From the NCBI RefSeq assembly GCF_009914755.1, contig NC_060929.1: DNA of 64,000 nucleotides; one strand, written 5' to 3'. Made by a program: the position numbers and the translations under genes. Under the pieces are notes generated by a model. It made no database searches, was not told the DNA's origin, and saw only the letters and a list, made by a program, of their open reading frames with translations. The DNA comes from the human T2T-CHM13v2.0 reference genome, Homo sapiens. Positions 18,301-30,325 of the stretch are shown here, in pieces (the first letter of the stretch is position 1; each line of letters starts with the position of its first letter).

Positions 18301-19409
18301 CATTAGAATTTTAGAAATCCCATGCAATTTTGGAATATATATTAGCATTATTCACCAAGATATAACCTAAAGAAGACTGAGCATCATTTTGGCAATCCCA
18401 TGTACCTAAACATGCCAAATAATCCTGTTTACCTCTCTTTTCTGGACACTTTAGGGGCCCTCTTAAGTATTCGAAAAGCCAGATGCCAGGGAAGACAATT
18501 TTGAAACTTTTCAAAATTTTGATTTTGAGAAGGCTGTTCAAGGTTCAAGGTTAAATGTTCAAGGTTCAAGGTTAAATGTTCAAGGTTTAAAACACTTGAT
18601 ATTACGAAAGAGAGTTCCAGATTATCATACGTGATTTCTATTGCCAAAATGATGACTTAGACATTTAAAGAAGCAAAAACCTTTTATAACCCCTTTAAAT
18701 TTAGTTAATAAGTTCACACAGAGAACCTCTTCTGCAAGATTAATTTCCACAATTCTTCCGCCACTTCTTCGGCTTTTCCTATCTTACTCAAAACTAAAGT
18801 TCAAAGCTGAACCCCTTCCAGCCAGCGGGCTGTGCAGGACCCTTGGGCTATGAGTCCCAGCCTCTGCAGGAAGGGGAGGGGGAGAGAGGACTTCCTGCTC
18901 ACCTGTCCTTCCCAAAAAAGGAAGGAAAGGGCCTTTCTCCTGACCCCCCCGCCCCCGGGAGCCACCAGGTTTGGGGGCATCTTTCCCTCACCCTCAGAAG
19001 TCGGAGGATGAAAATGCTTAGGAGCAACAGAGAGAAGTTTTGAGTCCCCATTTCACTCACGGCTTCTCAAGCCACCACGTTGTGCGTCAAAAATGTTGCA
19101 GGACTTTTCCTTAGTTCAGCTAAAGATGGGGGTTCTTGTCCCTCCCACGGCCATGAAAATGAAAATTTAGGCTGGCCCATGGCTTAAAGGGTGAGTAAAG
19201 CAGGGTTTCATTGAGTGAAAAAGGAAAAACGGGGGAAACTCCCTCTGCTAGAGCACTTCCAGCCCGGCAATTTGAATCCCAGGTTCCACACAGGAAGAGG
19301 AGGGGCCAGGTTCCTCCCTGCTGCAAACACGGTGAACTTCAGAGGCTCCAACTCAGTGGGCAGGCTTGTTGGAGTTTCTCCAGGGACCCCCTCCCACCTG
19401 GCTGTCTCA
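15344..19409 (-). mobile_element. MER61 (ERV1/MER4 group) non-autonomous provirus: 3' LTR 15344-15675, internal, 5' LTR 19094-19409
   Basis: LTRs tgagacagccaggtgg...aaaagtcctgcaaca; polypurine tract next to 15676; degenerate tRNA-Lys primer-binding site at ~19072-19090; no long ORF. Confidence 0.88.
18535..18587. repeat. 21-bp tandem repeat TGTTCAAGGTTCAAGGTTAAA x2.5
   Basis: Directly visible inside the MER61 internal region. Confidence 0.9.
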
Positions 19410-19903
19410 CAAGGACAACATGTGGCAAGGAACCCTAACAAAGACCATGATGGAGAAGACACATTTAAGCTGAGAGGTGAAGGGTGAGAGCCCTGAAAAT
19501 CCGACAAAAGAAGTCCCAGACAGAGGAAACAGTCTGAGTAACTTTCTAGGTGAGAGTGAGCATGACACAATTGAGAAACTGAACAGGGAAAGATTAATGA
19601 GCTAGAGTTCCAGGTATATGTGAGCAGCAAGAGCTGAGCTGGTGAGGTAGTAGGCACCAGGTGGTGGAGAACCTCATAAATGATGCAGTGGAATTGACAC
19701 TGTATCCTTATAGGAATAGAGAGCAATAGAATGATTTCAAGATTGAGAGTGTCATGATGAAATCTGTATTTTAGAAGTTGCTCAACTTACAGTTTGGAGA
19801 ACGAATTGAAACAGAAATTAAGTTGAGGAGACCACTTAAAAGACTGAATAAGTCAAGTTTCAGAATTGCAAACAACCTTAGCTAATTTAAAAAGTTGGGC
19901 TAG

Positions 19904-20190
19904 GGCCAGGTGCAGTGGCTCATGCCTATAATCCCAGGACTTGGGGAGGCTGAGGTGGGAGGATCCTTGAGCCCAGGAGTTCAAGAGAAGCCTGGGCAAC
20001 ATGGTGAAACCCTGTCTCTACAAAAAATACAAAAAATTAGGCAGGCATGGTGGCCCACGCCTGTAGTCCCAGCTACCCAGGAGGCTGAGGTGCGAGGGAC
20101 ACCTGAGCTGGGAGGTCGAGGTTACAGTGAGCCATGATCGCACCACTGCCACTCCAGCCTGGGCAACAGAGTGACATCTTGTCTCAAACA
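19904..20190 (+). mobile_element. AluJ
   Basis: gaggatccttgagcccaggag J-type diagnostic; degenerate TSD. Confidence 0.9.
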
Positions 20191-21473
20191 AAGTTTGGCT
20201 GGGAAGGTGAGATAATATAACAGTAGCTGGAGAGGACATTGGGTCAAAGGAGTTTTTTTCGTTGGATTTTTAGTTTGGTTTTAACACAGGAAAGAGCTAG
20301 TTCAGAATAAATGTCTGAAGATACATGAAAGAATATAGCAAACCAAAATTGATATAGGCTATTAATTGGAACCCTCAACAAGGTGATTTTTTAAAAAAAT
20401 TTGGCTAATATTTAATGGGGATGGGAAACTGACTTTTAATATAAAAGAAATGGCATAGCTTATTATTAAAATTCTGATTCAAATAAGGGATCTCTAAGCA
20501 CTAAACGTTATACAGCGTTTAATTTATTTGGAATTGTCTTATATTTCAGAGATTTTTTTTTACTCAAAACTGGATATTTACTCATTCCAAATCTCTATGG
20601 ATAAAAGTAACTTAAGCATGTTAGCTACAGGTTTTGTTCAAAATATTTTGAAGTCCTTTTTTCCTAGATTCATGTTGGCAAGAAGTTTTCCAATTTTTCT
20701 GTACTTCTTTCTGTTATAATTTTCAAAATCAGGTAATATTTTGGGTGTATTTATTAGATAAGTCACTCTCTCCTGCAAAACAGTATTATTCTTTATGTTA
20801 CAATGTACTCTACATTACAAGGATGGCAGCTTATGTAGGGGGTAGTTGTAAAGTCAAAGTCCTAAGTGATAATAATGTTTTCTCAAATTAATTCTTGGGT
20901 ATCCCTTACACTAAATATAAGTGGAGTGTCCATGGTTTGGTATATACACTGCTCTATGGTAATATGCATGTATACATGTGTAAACTAGACAGTGATGTCA
21001 AGGATATAATAGCCTGTACATATGCAAAGTATAATTCTAGAGTATTTTTAATTATGGGGTAACGAGGAGAATGAAAGCATTTTTTTAAAAGAAAAACAAT
21101 AATGCTAAGTAAACCCTATACATTCTGAATATCTTTGTGTGACTCTGAGGATAATAATGGTGATTCACCACAGTGACTGATGCTGACAGTAATGATTACT
21201 CCAGTGTCTGTGTGATGAGGAATGAGATAATGAAGATGGGCCTTGTACACACTCCAGGGATTAGTTTTTCTCCTCTCTGACAGCACTATTTTGGGTCATA
21301 TGAGCAGTGAGGGGACCTGCAGGCAGAATTGCTCATAATATTTAAATTGTTATTTGCTCAGCTCTCACTTTTATTCTTACTCTCTCTTTAGTGGTTCATA
21401 TATAATTGATTTTATATAATCAAATACACGTTTGATGTTTCTCCACTGTGTTAGGCTTGAGGATTTCACTTGC

Positions 21474-21544
21474 CTCCAAACAATTGTCAGCTGGCCAACT
21501 TCATTGTTGGCAACACTGCGATTCTACTTATACATCCTTGCATC
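21474..21544 (-). pseudogene. Fossil exon H (71 bp, phase 2-1)
   Basis: Acceptor tctttcccgttgcag, GC-type donor GAG|GCAAGT; MQGCISRIAVLPTMKLAS*QLFG; phases fit both neighbours. Confidence 0.6.
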
Positions 21545-22262
21545 CTGCAACGGGAAAGATCACAAAAACTCATTTGTGATGGACCAGAGTCAGAGGACTA
21601 TGCTTCTTTGTTTCATTTTGTTTGGTTTAAATTTCTATTCAGTAAGAAACAGGCCAATTTATGCTTTGTTTATATAGGAAAACCTAAATTAACTGTTACT
21701 GTTCTTCTCTAATTATTTCAAGGATGCTCTTCACTTCTTACAAATTGGCATGCCAGGCTGCTGCTCAGGTAATCTGCCTCTTGGACCGGCTCTGAAAATG
21801 GGACAATGATCAGTGCAAGATCCCTGAGATGCTGAGACACGATGGGATGGAAGAAAGCTATGGGACAAGTGGCCTTTCATAGGAGGAGGAGCTCCTTGTC
21901 AAATGTGAGGAGCGAAGCAGGACAGGAGCATGAGAACAGGTAGGTGTAGAGATGTGGAGACTTCCCATTTGCTGAGATAGGTGAGAGATTCAGAAGTTTG
22001 ACAGGAATTTTGACATGGAAATGGGAAGACAAACTGACCAGGGAAACAAAGATTGCCAGGCTGTTCCATTTGAGAGCCCAGCTGAAGGTGATGACCATGC
22101 TTTTATGAGGACAGCAATCTGACCAGCTGTCAATCTTGCTGTAGCAGTCTTAGCAGGCTGGGTTAAGGTAGAGGAGCTCTTCATTTCAGGAAGGACAGTA
22201 TCAGAAACCTGAGGAGAGAACCAAATTACAAAAGACTAAGGAGTTAAGACATGAACGTAAAT

Positions 22263-22913
<651 letters not shown>

Positions 22914-23589
22914 GTAGGTTGATTAAAGAGTCAGGTAGACATTTCTAAGGCAGTGGGGCATATAGGTGTGGAGGCCCGGGAGTGCTGACATGTGGAAATG
23001 CAACAGTCATGAAGCTGCAGTCGTTAACGTAACTGACAAAACCTGTACAGCATTAACAGGCTGTTTAATTTTATGCCAAGTCCATAATTTTTGCAGCATG
23101 TACCCCTAAGCTTGTTCCAATTGCAAATATTAGTCATAAATTTTATGATCCAAATAGTGATTTCTACTTTTTGAGCATGGGGAAGGCTAAGCATAACAGG
23201 TTGACTTGGGGAGGAAGAGTCCCATTTCCTCCTGGGAACTGAAGGGCCTCTAATAGATGGTTCACTGCCCCTCTAGACAGACCTTAAGGGATTAAGTCAG
23301 CCCTCAAGTGAGTGTCTAGGAAACACAGCCATAGCTATGTGACTCACCTGGGAAAGCACTAGTTCCAGGCATGCTGGGACAGATGTCCTACCCCAGAGCA
23401 TACAGTCAGTGTACTTTTAGTCAAGACTCAGGGAAGACACAAAAAAAAGGTCCTCTTCTTTTCTTGGTCACAGAACATAGAGGTGTATAAAAATCTTTAC
23501 TTTAAATAAGTGGCATGAGACAAGAGGAAACTGGGCACTAGTCCTTGTTCTGATAGTTTCTGTGGAATGTAGAGGAAATTATTTCACCT

Positions 23590-23820
23590 AGTGGCTGAAT
23601 GGTGCAAGGGTTTTGTTTCTGGACTCTGAAGCCCCATGCTGTGGGTCCAATCCCACCATCTCCATTGATTATAGTAACTGTATGACCGGGGAGTGTTATT
23701 CAAGCTCATGTATCCTGATTTACTTTTGTATACGATAGAAAAAATATTGGTTGTGGGTAGTAAATGAGATAATATTTGCTAAGGTACAGTGCTTGGCACA
23801 TAGTGAACACTTGGTAAAGT
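23590..23820 (+). mobile_element. MIR
   Basis: taaatgagataat...cagtgcttggcacatagt. Confidence 0.65.
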
Positions 23821-23938
23821 CTGATGCTTGTATGGGCCTGTTTTCTCTAAAATGAAGTTCTTGGACTACTATCCTTTTTTTTAGCTCTGAAGCTCTACGA
23901 TTCAGTGATGAAAATAATTTTTTATTATTGTTCCATAG

Positions 23939-24130
23939 TAGGAGTCAGCAAACTTTTTCTGTAAAGATCTATAGTCTCTGGCATTACTACTCAATTCTGA
24001 TATTGTAGTGTGAAAGCAGCCACAGACAGTACGTGAAAGAATGGGCATAGCTGTGTTGCATCAAAACATTATTTACAAAACTAGGCTGTGGTTGAGAGTT
24101 GACCCATGGGAAGTTATGTGCTGACCTTTG
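23939..24130 (+). mobile_element. MER58A hAT MITE
   Basis: gtcagcaaactttttctgtaaag...gaaagcagccacagaca...ttatttacaaaa. Confidence 0.75.
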
Positions 24131-24528
24131 TTGTATAGAATTTTAAAAAGTGGAGAAAAGTGAAATGCAATTTGTAATGGAAAAAGGACACAGCAAATCA
24201 TGTACTGTAAAATTGTATAAGCTTATAACATATTTGTGTAGCCCAAAAACTTTTTTTATATTGAGCATATGAAAGAAAGCAGATGCTCTACAACCAAAGT
24301 GGATAATAGAAATACAATAAACGGCATTCATAAGCTTAAATGTTTATAAACCTGGGCATAAATATATAAAATAAGTGAAATGGAAAAGAGTAGCCCAGAA
24401 ATTCATATTTGCTGCAAGTTGAAAGAAGACAGGAAGGTGGAAATCATGCAAAAAGCATAAGAAACTAAAGTTGTAGCAAAGAGCTAATGTTCCTTCTGAC
24501 TCCATAATTAAAGAGACATGCATTACAC

Positions 24529-24742
24529 CGGTTCAGTGACTTGCAGAGTGATTGCTCAAACTTCAAATCACATTTGATCTGATAGGGTCATCTGAATATT
24601 ACAATGACTGAACTGTGGGCTACTCTCCTTATTAAGTTAGCCCAGTGACTAGCAATCACCCAGCAATCAGGCCTTCATGGCATCTGGTACCTTGACAAAC
24701 AATATCTGACTTTACAGTAGCTATACTTTCCATGAGCACAAC
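24529..24742 (-). pseudogene. Fossil exon G (214 bp, phase 1-2)
   Basis: Strong polypyrimidine acceptor (...aatttcag), weak donor GTGTAA; CAHGKYSYCKVRYCLSRYQMP*RPDCWVIASHWANLIRRVAHSSVIVIFR*PYQIKCDLKFEQSLCKSLN with only two stops, both TGA. With the previous exon it gives FLSGCAHGKYSY, resembling GREB1 IFKGHGNFPY. Confidence 0.65.
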
Positions 24743-25137
24743 CTGAAATTATGTTGGGAAAAGACAAAGAAGAAAAGTACAATAAGTGAAAAAGAGGCAC
24801 GAAACAAGAAAGGTAAAATGAAGAAATACTAATGTAGCAATGTAAAATTAGAGTCCAAATGCCTCACTGGGGCATCACTCTGGGAGACCTGGGAAATCAC
24901 ACACATGCTATAGCAAAGACCCTCACCATCCTCAGGTCTGTTGCAGCCCCCCACCGCCCCCAGCTGCTCCACAGATGTCTCTGTGCCACACTACATTTCT
25001 CCCCACTGCCAGGGATCCCCTGGGGTTGTTCTCTTAACTAGAGTTTACTCATTCTAGAAAGAGCAAACAGGATATTATTTGAGCAAATAATTTACTCTTT
25101 GTCTTTTTCCTTCCTTTTGTTTCAAACATCCTAATAC

Positions 25138-25645
25138 CTGACAGAAAACTCGATATCGACCTTTTTTATCTTGTGCCAAGGCTTAAACCCTTTAAAGAAA
25201 TGGTGCCAGGTACCCCAGAGAGGAAAGAGAGAAAAGATAATGACTTTCAAGTCCAGCAGAAATAGAAGGCAGGGATTTCCAGAGACCGTGTAAGGAGATG
25301 AACGTGAGAGGGTTTCTCTAATATTAGAGATCCACATATTGCTCCGTGGCCAACTCTGACAAAGGGAAGAGACCCCAAGGGTGGTTGCAGAGGGCACCTA
25401 AGGCTGGTCCTATAATCCAGTGCCCTCAGGTTGGCTGCTAGGGCTGACAGCCCCAACTGGACTGTAGCAACAGGCCATCTCAGTACGACCACAGCACATG
25501 ACCAGAAGAACCAACCTGATGTTCTGACAATATATAAGTTTTTTGCACAGTCCTTGGAGGTGGGGAGTCCAATTGAGGACTGAAATTATATTTTCCACCA
25601 GCCTTGATGGAGGGGGAGCCAGGGCAGATTTCAACTGATTTAAAT
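25138..25645 (-). pseudogene. Fossil exon F (508 bp, phase 1-1, one frameshift)
   Basis: Acceptor tttcttcatag, donor CAG|GTATTA. Explains the three stacked minus-strand ORFs at 25131-25709 (LNQLKSALAPPPSRLVENIISVLNW...LRALDYRTSLRCPLQPPLGSLPFVRVGHG...). Confidence 0.6.
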
Positions 25646-26049
25646 CTATGAAGAAACATAGTGATTCTTGAAAAATAGGATCTGTTGGCTGATATTCATA
25701 TATCAACAAATATTTGGGAATGAGGGCTGGGAAGGAAGAGGAACTTTCCTATTCTAACTGGCACAGTCTCTGAATCTGAACCAGCAGGCTCCCTGTAGAT
25801 CAGATCAGGTGTGTGGAGGCAGTGTGACCACAGTGGCTGAGAAAGAGCAGAGGGCTGCCCTGTAAATCCTTCAGGGGGTAAAAGAGGGCCCAGGAAAAAA
25901 CATGGAGAGTGGGTGGAGTAACATAATTGAAAACAGCTTGGAAAAGTGGGCCTAATTTTTTTTGAACTAAAAATGAGTAAAATGTCTTTTCAAGAACTGA
26001 ATATAAAAATGAAACCAAGAGATAAAGAAAACTCACTATATTTAGTTGT

Positions 26050-26107
26050 TCACACACACACACACACACACAGAGACAGCGAGAGAGAGAGCGAGAGAGA
26101 GAGAGAG
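26050..26107. repeat. Compound (CA)n(GA)n microsatellite
   Basis: Directly visible. Confidence 0.95.
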
Positions 26108-26172
26108 TGCTAATACAGTAGCCACGCAATACATTAAGAAAATCTTCTCCTCCTGTACATTTAATAAGTTAT

Positions 26173-26565
26173 CTGGTTGTGTGATGATCCAGTGCTTGGA
26201 GATCGGGGGAGCAAGAGGCTTCCTGACCCGCTAATAGACCTTAAGCGCCTGCGGACCCATTCTACTGGAAAGCAAAACTACTGGGGGTCGGGGTAGGCAG
26301 TGTGGCCTCTTCTGTCTGCAAACACTGTGACTTCTTGAGGAAAGCACTCGGAGCAGAGGAAGGGAGAAGGACACTGTCCAAGCAGGCCAGGTTAGCTGAG
26401 TCAGCTTTGGCAATCTGGACAGCTAGTGTGGTAGGCCATTTTCACACCCACTTTCTGACCTAACTCTCATTTCCAGTGAGATCAGTGGGATCTAGGTAGC
26501 AAGTTACTTGCTTAATCCATAGATTTGGTGTAATCTTCATTGTTGTTATAAATTATACCAGTCCC
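26173..26565 (-). pseudogene. Fossil exon E (393 bp, phase 2-1, one frameshift, donor mutated GT>AT)
   Basis: GLV*FITTMKITPNLWIKQVTCYLDPTDL...KWPTTLAVQIAKADSANLACLDSVLLP...fs...PQALKVY*RVRKPLAPPISKHWIITQP; ends CAG|ATAACT; weak acceptor. Confidence 0.5.
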
Positions 26566-26743
26566 CTTATGTAATGTATCTTATTTAATTATTGTAATCG
26601 CACATGATCTTAGGCTCATTGTACATATTCTGAGCAATACGCAATTCCCCAGAGTGACTAGTAGAATAATTCAAACCAGAACCCACGCACTTACTTTCTC
26701 TTTATAATGCTGCTTCTAACAACACAGCAATATTTGCTTTCAC

Positions 26744-26873
26744 CTGCATTCCACAGAGGTGGCACCAGTTATGGGAAGAGATCAATGTCACAAAGCCACT
26801 GAAATCTGTTAAGGACCATGCAAGGTCAATGATAATTTATTTTGAAATGTCACATAAAGAAAGAAGCAATCAC
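26744..26873 (-). pseudogene. Fossil exon D (130 bp, phase 1-2, acceptor mutated to CAC)
   Basis: Long polypyrimidine tract then cac|; DCFFLYVTFQNKLSLTLHGP*QISVAL*H*SLPITGATSVEC; donor CAG|GTGAAA. Confidence 0.55.
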
Positions 26874-27598
26874 GTGAAAGAGAAAAAAAGGGCCTTTTAG
26901 AAATAATTAAGAAGGGCTAATACTTAGCACCTGGAAAATATGAGTTTATTTTTGTTGTGTTAATATACTCATTATTAAAGCCCAGTTCTGCACTGGGAAG
27001 TCCAATAAGTTGAACAGGCTTTGAAAAGACGAATCCAGACAAAACCACTGACTTCGTTTTATAAAATTGTATTGATTACCGTTATAATGAAAGAAAACAT
27101 ACATAAGGTTAGAAGGCAGCAAAGTGAATCTTTTCTATTTGAAGAATTAAGAATCCTTAGTACACAGGGATTATCCATTATCTGCAAATATGTTATTAGA
27201 TTTCCTCTTTATGCATCCACCCTTTTTTTTTCTTAAAAAACTGTCACAGATGTGGTCTTAAAATCCCTGCAGTGTTCAAAAGAAGCAATACATTTTTCTA
27301 CTCCTGCAATGTGAGCCAACCATCAACAGATGAACTAAGCCCAATCACTCCATTCCCTTTTTTATGATATTAGCATACTGGTAGATTAGCAAAATGCTGT
27401 TAATACTGTCTATCTTTGTTCATTGGTTTAGTCATTTGGTCAAAAAATATTTAATGAGCATCTAATATGTCCCAGGCACTGGAAAAACAGAGATGAATCA
27501 AATAGTGGACCCTGCCTACATGAAGCTGAATTTTGTAGTATAGGTGCATGGAATAACAAAGAATTGGGATGATATTTTGAAATATTATGAGAAGTCAC

Positions 27599-27673
27599 CT
27601 TGTTTCTCGGAAAATCTTTTTACTTTGTGGTCTTTTCACCATTTAACCAGGCAGAGAAACTTAGGCTGATTGC
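27599..27673 (-). pseudogene. Fossil exon C (75 bp, phase 1-1)
   Basis: Polypyrimidine tract plus GAG acceptor, donor AAG|GTGACT; NQPKFLCLVKW*KDHKVKRFSEKQ joins in frame to GDCFFLYVTF. Confidence 0.55.
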
Positions 27674-27901
27674 CTCAGAGAAGAAAAGACACAAAAGAAT
27701 CCAGCCAGAACAGAGTCAAATTACTGGCTGAGAATATAAAAAGAAAGCCTGGAAAGCTTTAATTTCTAAGCACCTGGCCTTTGGGGGAGAGGGAGTGGAG
27801 CTTATCTTTTGTTTTATATATTTTATTTTATTTCATTTATTTTATTTATTTCATTTATTTTCAAATTCTAAAACCTTGGCTCTGCTTCAATAGAGTAAAA
27901 C

Positions 27902-28105
27902 CTGGAAGACTGACCAGTTTCTACCAAAAACCAGGGCATGGGGTTGAATGTATAAAATGCTTTCCTGCCTCAGAGGAGAAAGACCCTTTCTGTGTTGAGG
28001 GAGGAGCTTTGAGAAAGTTGAGAAAGCAGAGCTAGCGTGTTCAGATGCAAATGTGGGGTCTGCTGAAACCTCTGCATGGAGGCTGAGGAGATGGAAGGGT
28101 GCCAC
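27902..28105 (-). pseudogene. Candidate fossil exon B (204 bp, phase 1-1)
   Basis: Acceptor tgtttctag, weak donor GTTTTA, length divisible by 3, 3 stops. Least secure exon. Confidence 0.3.
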
Positions 28106-28239
28106 CTAGAAACATTTAGGATCTGAGAATAGAAGGTGCCCTGCTTTCCATCTGGAGTAGCCCTGCTGGCCTTCTGTTTGGTCATTGCCTATGCCAAACT
28201 ACATGTTAAATATTTTTAACATTTTCCTTATACTGGGGA

Positions 28240-28580
28240 GTTTCAATGGGTTTTCATCAGAGGGTGTAATATGATGTGACTTGTGTTTTGAAAGATCACT
28301 GAGTGAAGATGAAGAGGATAGACTGGAGGAGGAATGCCCAGAGACCCACAGAAAACCTTGGAAGCAGTGGTACAGGCTTGAGGGGATGGCAGCCCCAGTT
28401 GCAAAGTGTCAGGACTGACTCAAGTTCACTTCTCAGGGAGAGGAAGGAGAGAGACTGTGGGATTGCTCCCAGATTGCTGGCACAGTGGGCTGAATGGTGG
28501 TGCCATTAATGGGTAGATAATTCAGGAGAAGGAGGGGGCTTAGGAAGGGAGATAACGAGTTCGGTTTTCATCTAGATGTG
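28240..28580 (-). mobile_element. L2 fragment
   Basis: gtgacttgtgttttgaaagatcact...gagttcggtttt. Confidence 0.55.
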
Positions 28581-28689
28581 CTATGAAATCTTAAAAGTCC
28601 TTGAGAAATTGGAGAAATGTGAACTGGTTGATAATAAGGTAAGGAGGATTTGAAGCTAGTGGAACAAATAAACCCACTGTGTTTATTAA

Positions 28690-29075
28690 TGAATCGTGAT
28701 GCCTCTCAAGGGAGGTCTCTGGTTCTATTGGAGGGCTCTGCCCTTGGCCTATTTTTTCAAGAACTTGGATGTAGACACAGAAGATATGCTCACCAAATTG
28801 CTGTATGATGCAAATATTGAAGAAATAGATATTACAGTAGATGACTGAATTAAAAATTCAGAAGGCTGAAGCAATTGTCTGAAAATAACAGGATGACACT
28901 TAGAATAAATATAAAGTCTTACATTTAGGTTTAAAGCAAAATAAATGGCACAGTTACAGGATCTGAAGGTCTGGCTTGGCAGCAATTTCTCCCAACAATT
29001 AAATCGGGATTTTTGTTGGCTTAAACTTTATGATGAATCAACAGTGTGATGCAGCCACTTAAAGGCAACTCCCTC
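28690..29075 (+). mobile_element. L3/CR1 reverse-transcriptase fragment
   Basis: gaggtctctgg...gggctctgcccttggcc...atgctcaccaaatt...aaagtcttacatttagg...atgaatcaacagtgtgatgcagcc. Confidence 0.7.
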
Positions 29076-29304
29076 TCCAGATGTGATGAAGAAGAGTTTA
29101 GAAGACACACTTCCTAGCAAAGTTCCCTCAGTTTTTCAAAACTAAGTGTTTTTTAGAATAAAAATAGTTTAAAGAAGCCACAGATTAAAAACCAAGACTT
29201 TTGGTCATTTATTCCAAACACACAAGGCAGGGAATTGCTCTCACTTGGTGGCTTTATGTCCCTGATTGCATCAATTCATCCAGAGACAACTCGTGCCCAC
29301 TGAA

Positions 29305-29655
29305 TAGACATGTGCTTTCCTGCATTTTCCAGGTCCTTTCAGCTGGGTTGGGACCATGTGACAGAGTTCTGGCAGATAGGAATGAGAGCAGAAGTGACAT
29401 GGCACTTCTGGTCCTAGGTTCCTAACTGTTGCTGTGTCTCCCGTATCCTTCTTCCTCCTGATCAGAAGAACTTAAAGTCATATGTTGAAGTGCTGGCAGA
29501 CAAGATGGAGAGAGCCTTCACCCCTGAGTCACTGGATAGTAGAGAGCTCTGCTGACCCACGTGACTTCACATGAGCAAGAAACAAAATTTTGCAGTTATT
29601 GAGCACCTGCAGTTTAGGGGTATCTCTATTGTTGCCACTAGCATAACCCCCCAAC
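29305..29655 (+). mobile_element. MLT1I/J-like LTR
   Basis: gggaccatgtgacagagttctggc...gcagaagtgac...catgagcaagaaacaaa. Confidence 0.65.
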
Positions 29656-30250
29656 TCTAAAAGCATTTATCCTTGAACATCACCTGGCAAAGGTGTAGCA
29701 ATGGCTTAGCCCTTATACTTCTTTACAAGGAACTTCTGAGAAACTCTGCTTGTAGCCCCAGTTTTGAGGTTTTTGGTGGATAAATAATGTACTCGCACAC
29801 AAAACTGATGGAACTCAATTTTAGTAACATGCCGAAGAAAACCACTCTTCTGGTCCACAATTCCTTTATATTAAAAAAAGTACCAATTTATACTAAGGCA
29901 TTAAAAACACTTATTCATAAAATGTAACACACTTTGTGAATTATCCCAGAGAATGTTCTTATATTGGCTCAGGGTTTTGACGGGCCCTAAGGTCCCTTCC
30001 AGTTCATGAAGTAGAGCAGAAATTATAATGTAAGTATAATGGAGGAAATCTTAGAAGTCATCTAATGCTACCAAATACCAGACTTTATAGAGTAGGAAAT
30101 TGAGCCTGAGAGAATTCGAGATATTTATCCCAGGTTTCTTTGATCTCCTGAATTCCATTTGCAGTGTTCTTCCCAGTACATTGTTTTAAAATTATAGTAT
30201 TTAAAAGCAAACAATGACAACAACAAAAAAACCCTCTTAACTCTTTTTAC

Positions 30251-30325
30251 CTTGCAAGGAGCTGATTCCTTTCTCCTGAACCTCTTCCATTGTTATGACT
30301 CCATGAAATGGGACAGAGAAGTTTC
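30251..30325 (-). pseudogene. Fossil exon A (75 bp, phase 1-1, open frame)
   Basis: Strong polypyrimidine acceptor cttctttcctctctttgttcctaag, donor AAG|GTAAAA; NFSVPFHGVITMEEVQEKGISSLQ with no stop. Confidence 0.5.

Larger units (their letters stand above)
15180..19850 (-). mobile_element. L2 fragment split by the MER61 provirus
   Basis: L2 3' end (tttcacaaatatttattg) before 15343; L2-like sequence resumes after 19410. Confidence 0.55.

Noticed and set aside
21723-21768. Plus-strand AG...GT micro-exon
   Set aside because: No partner exons or homology.
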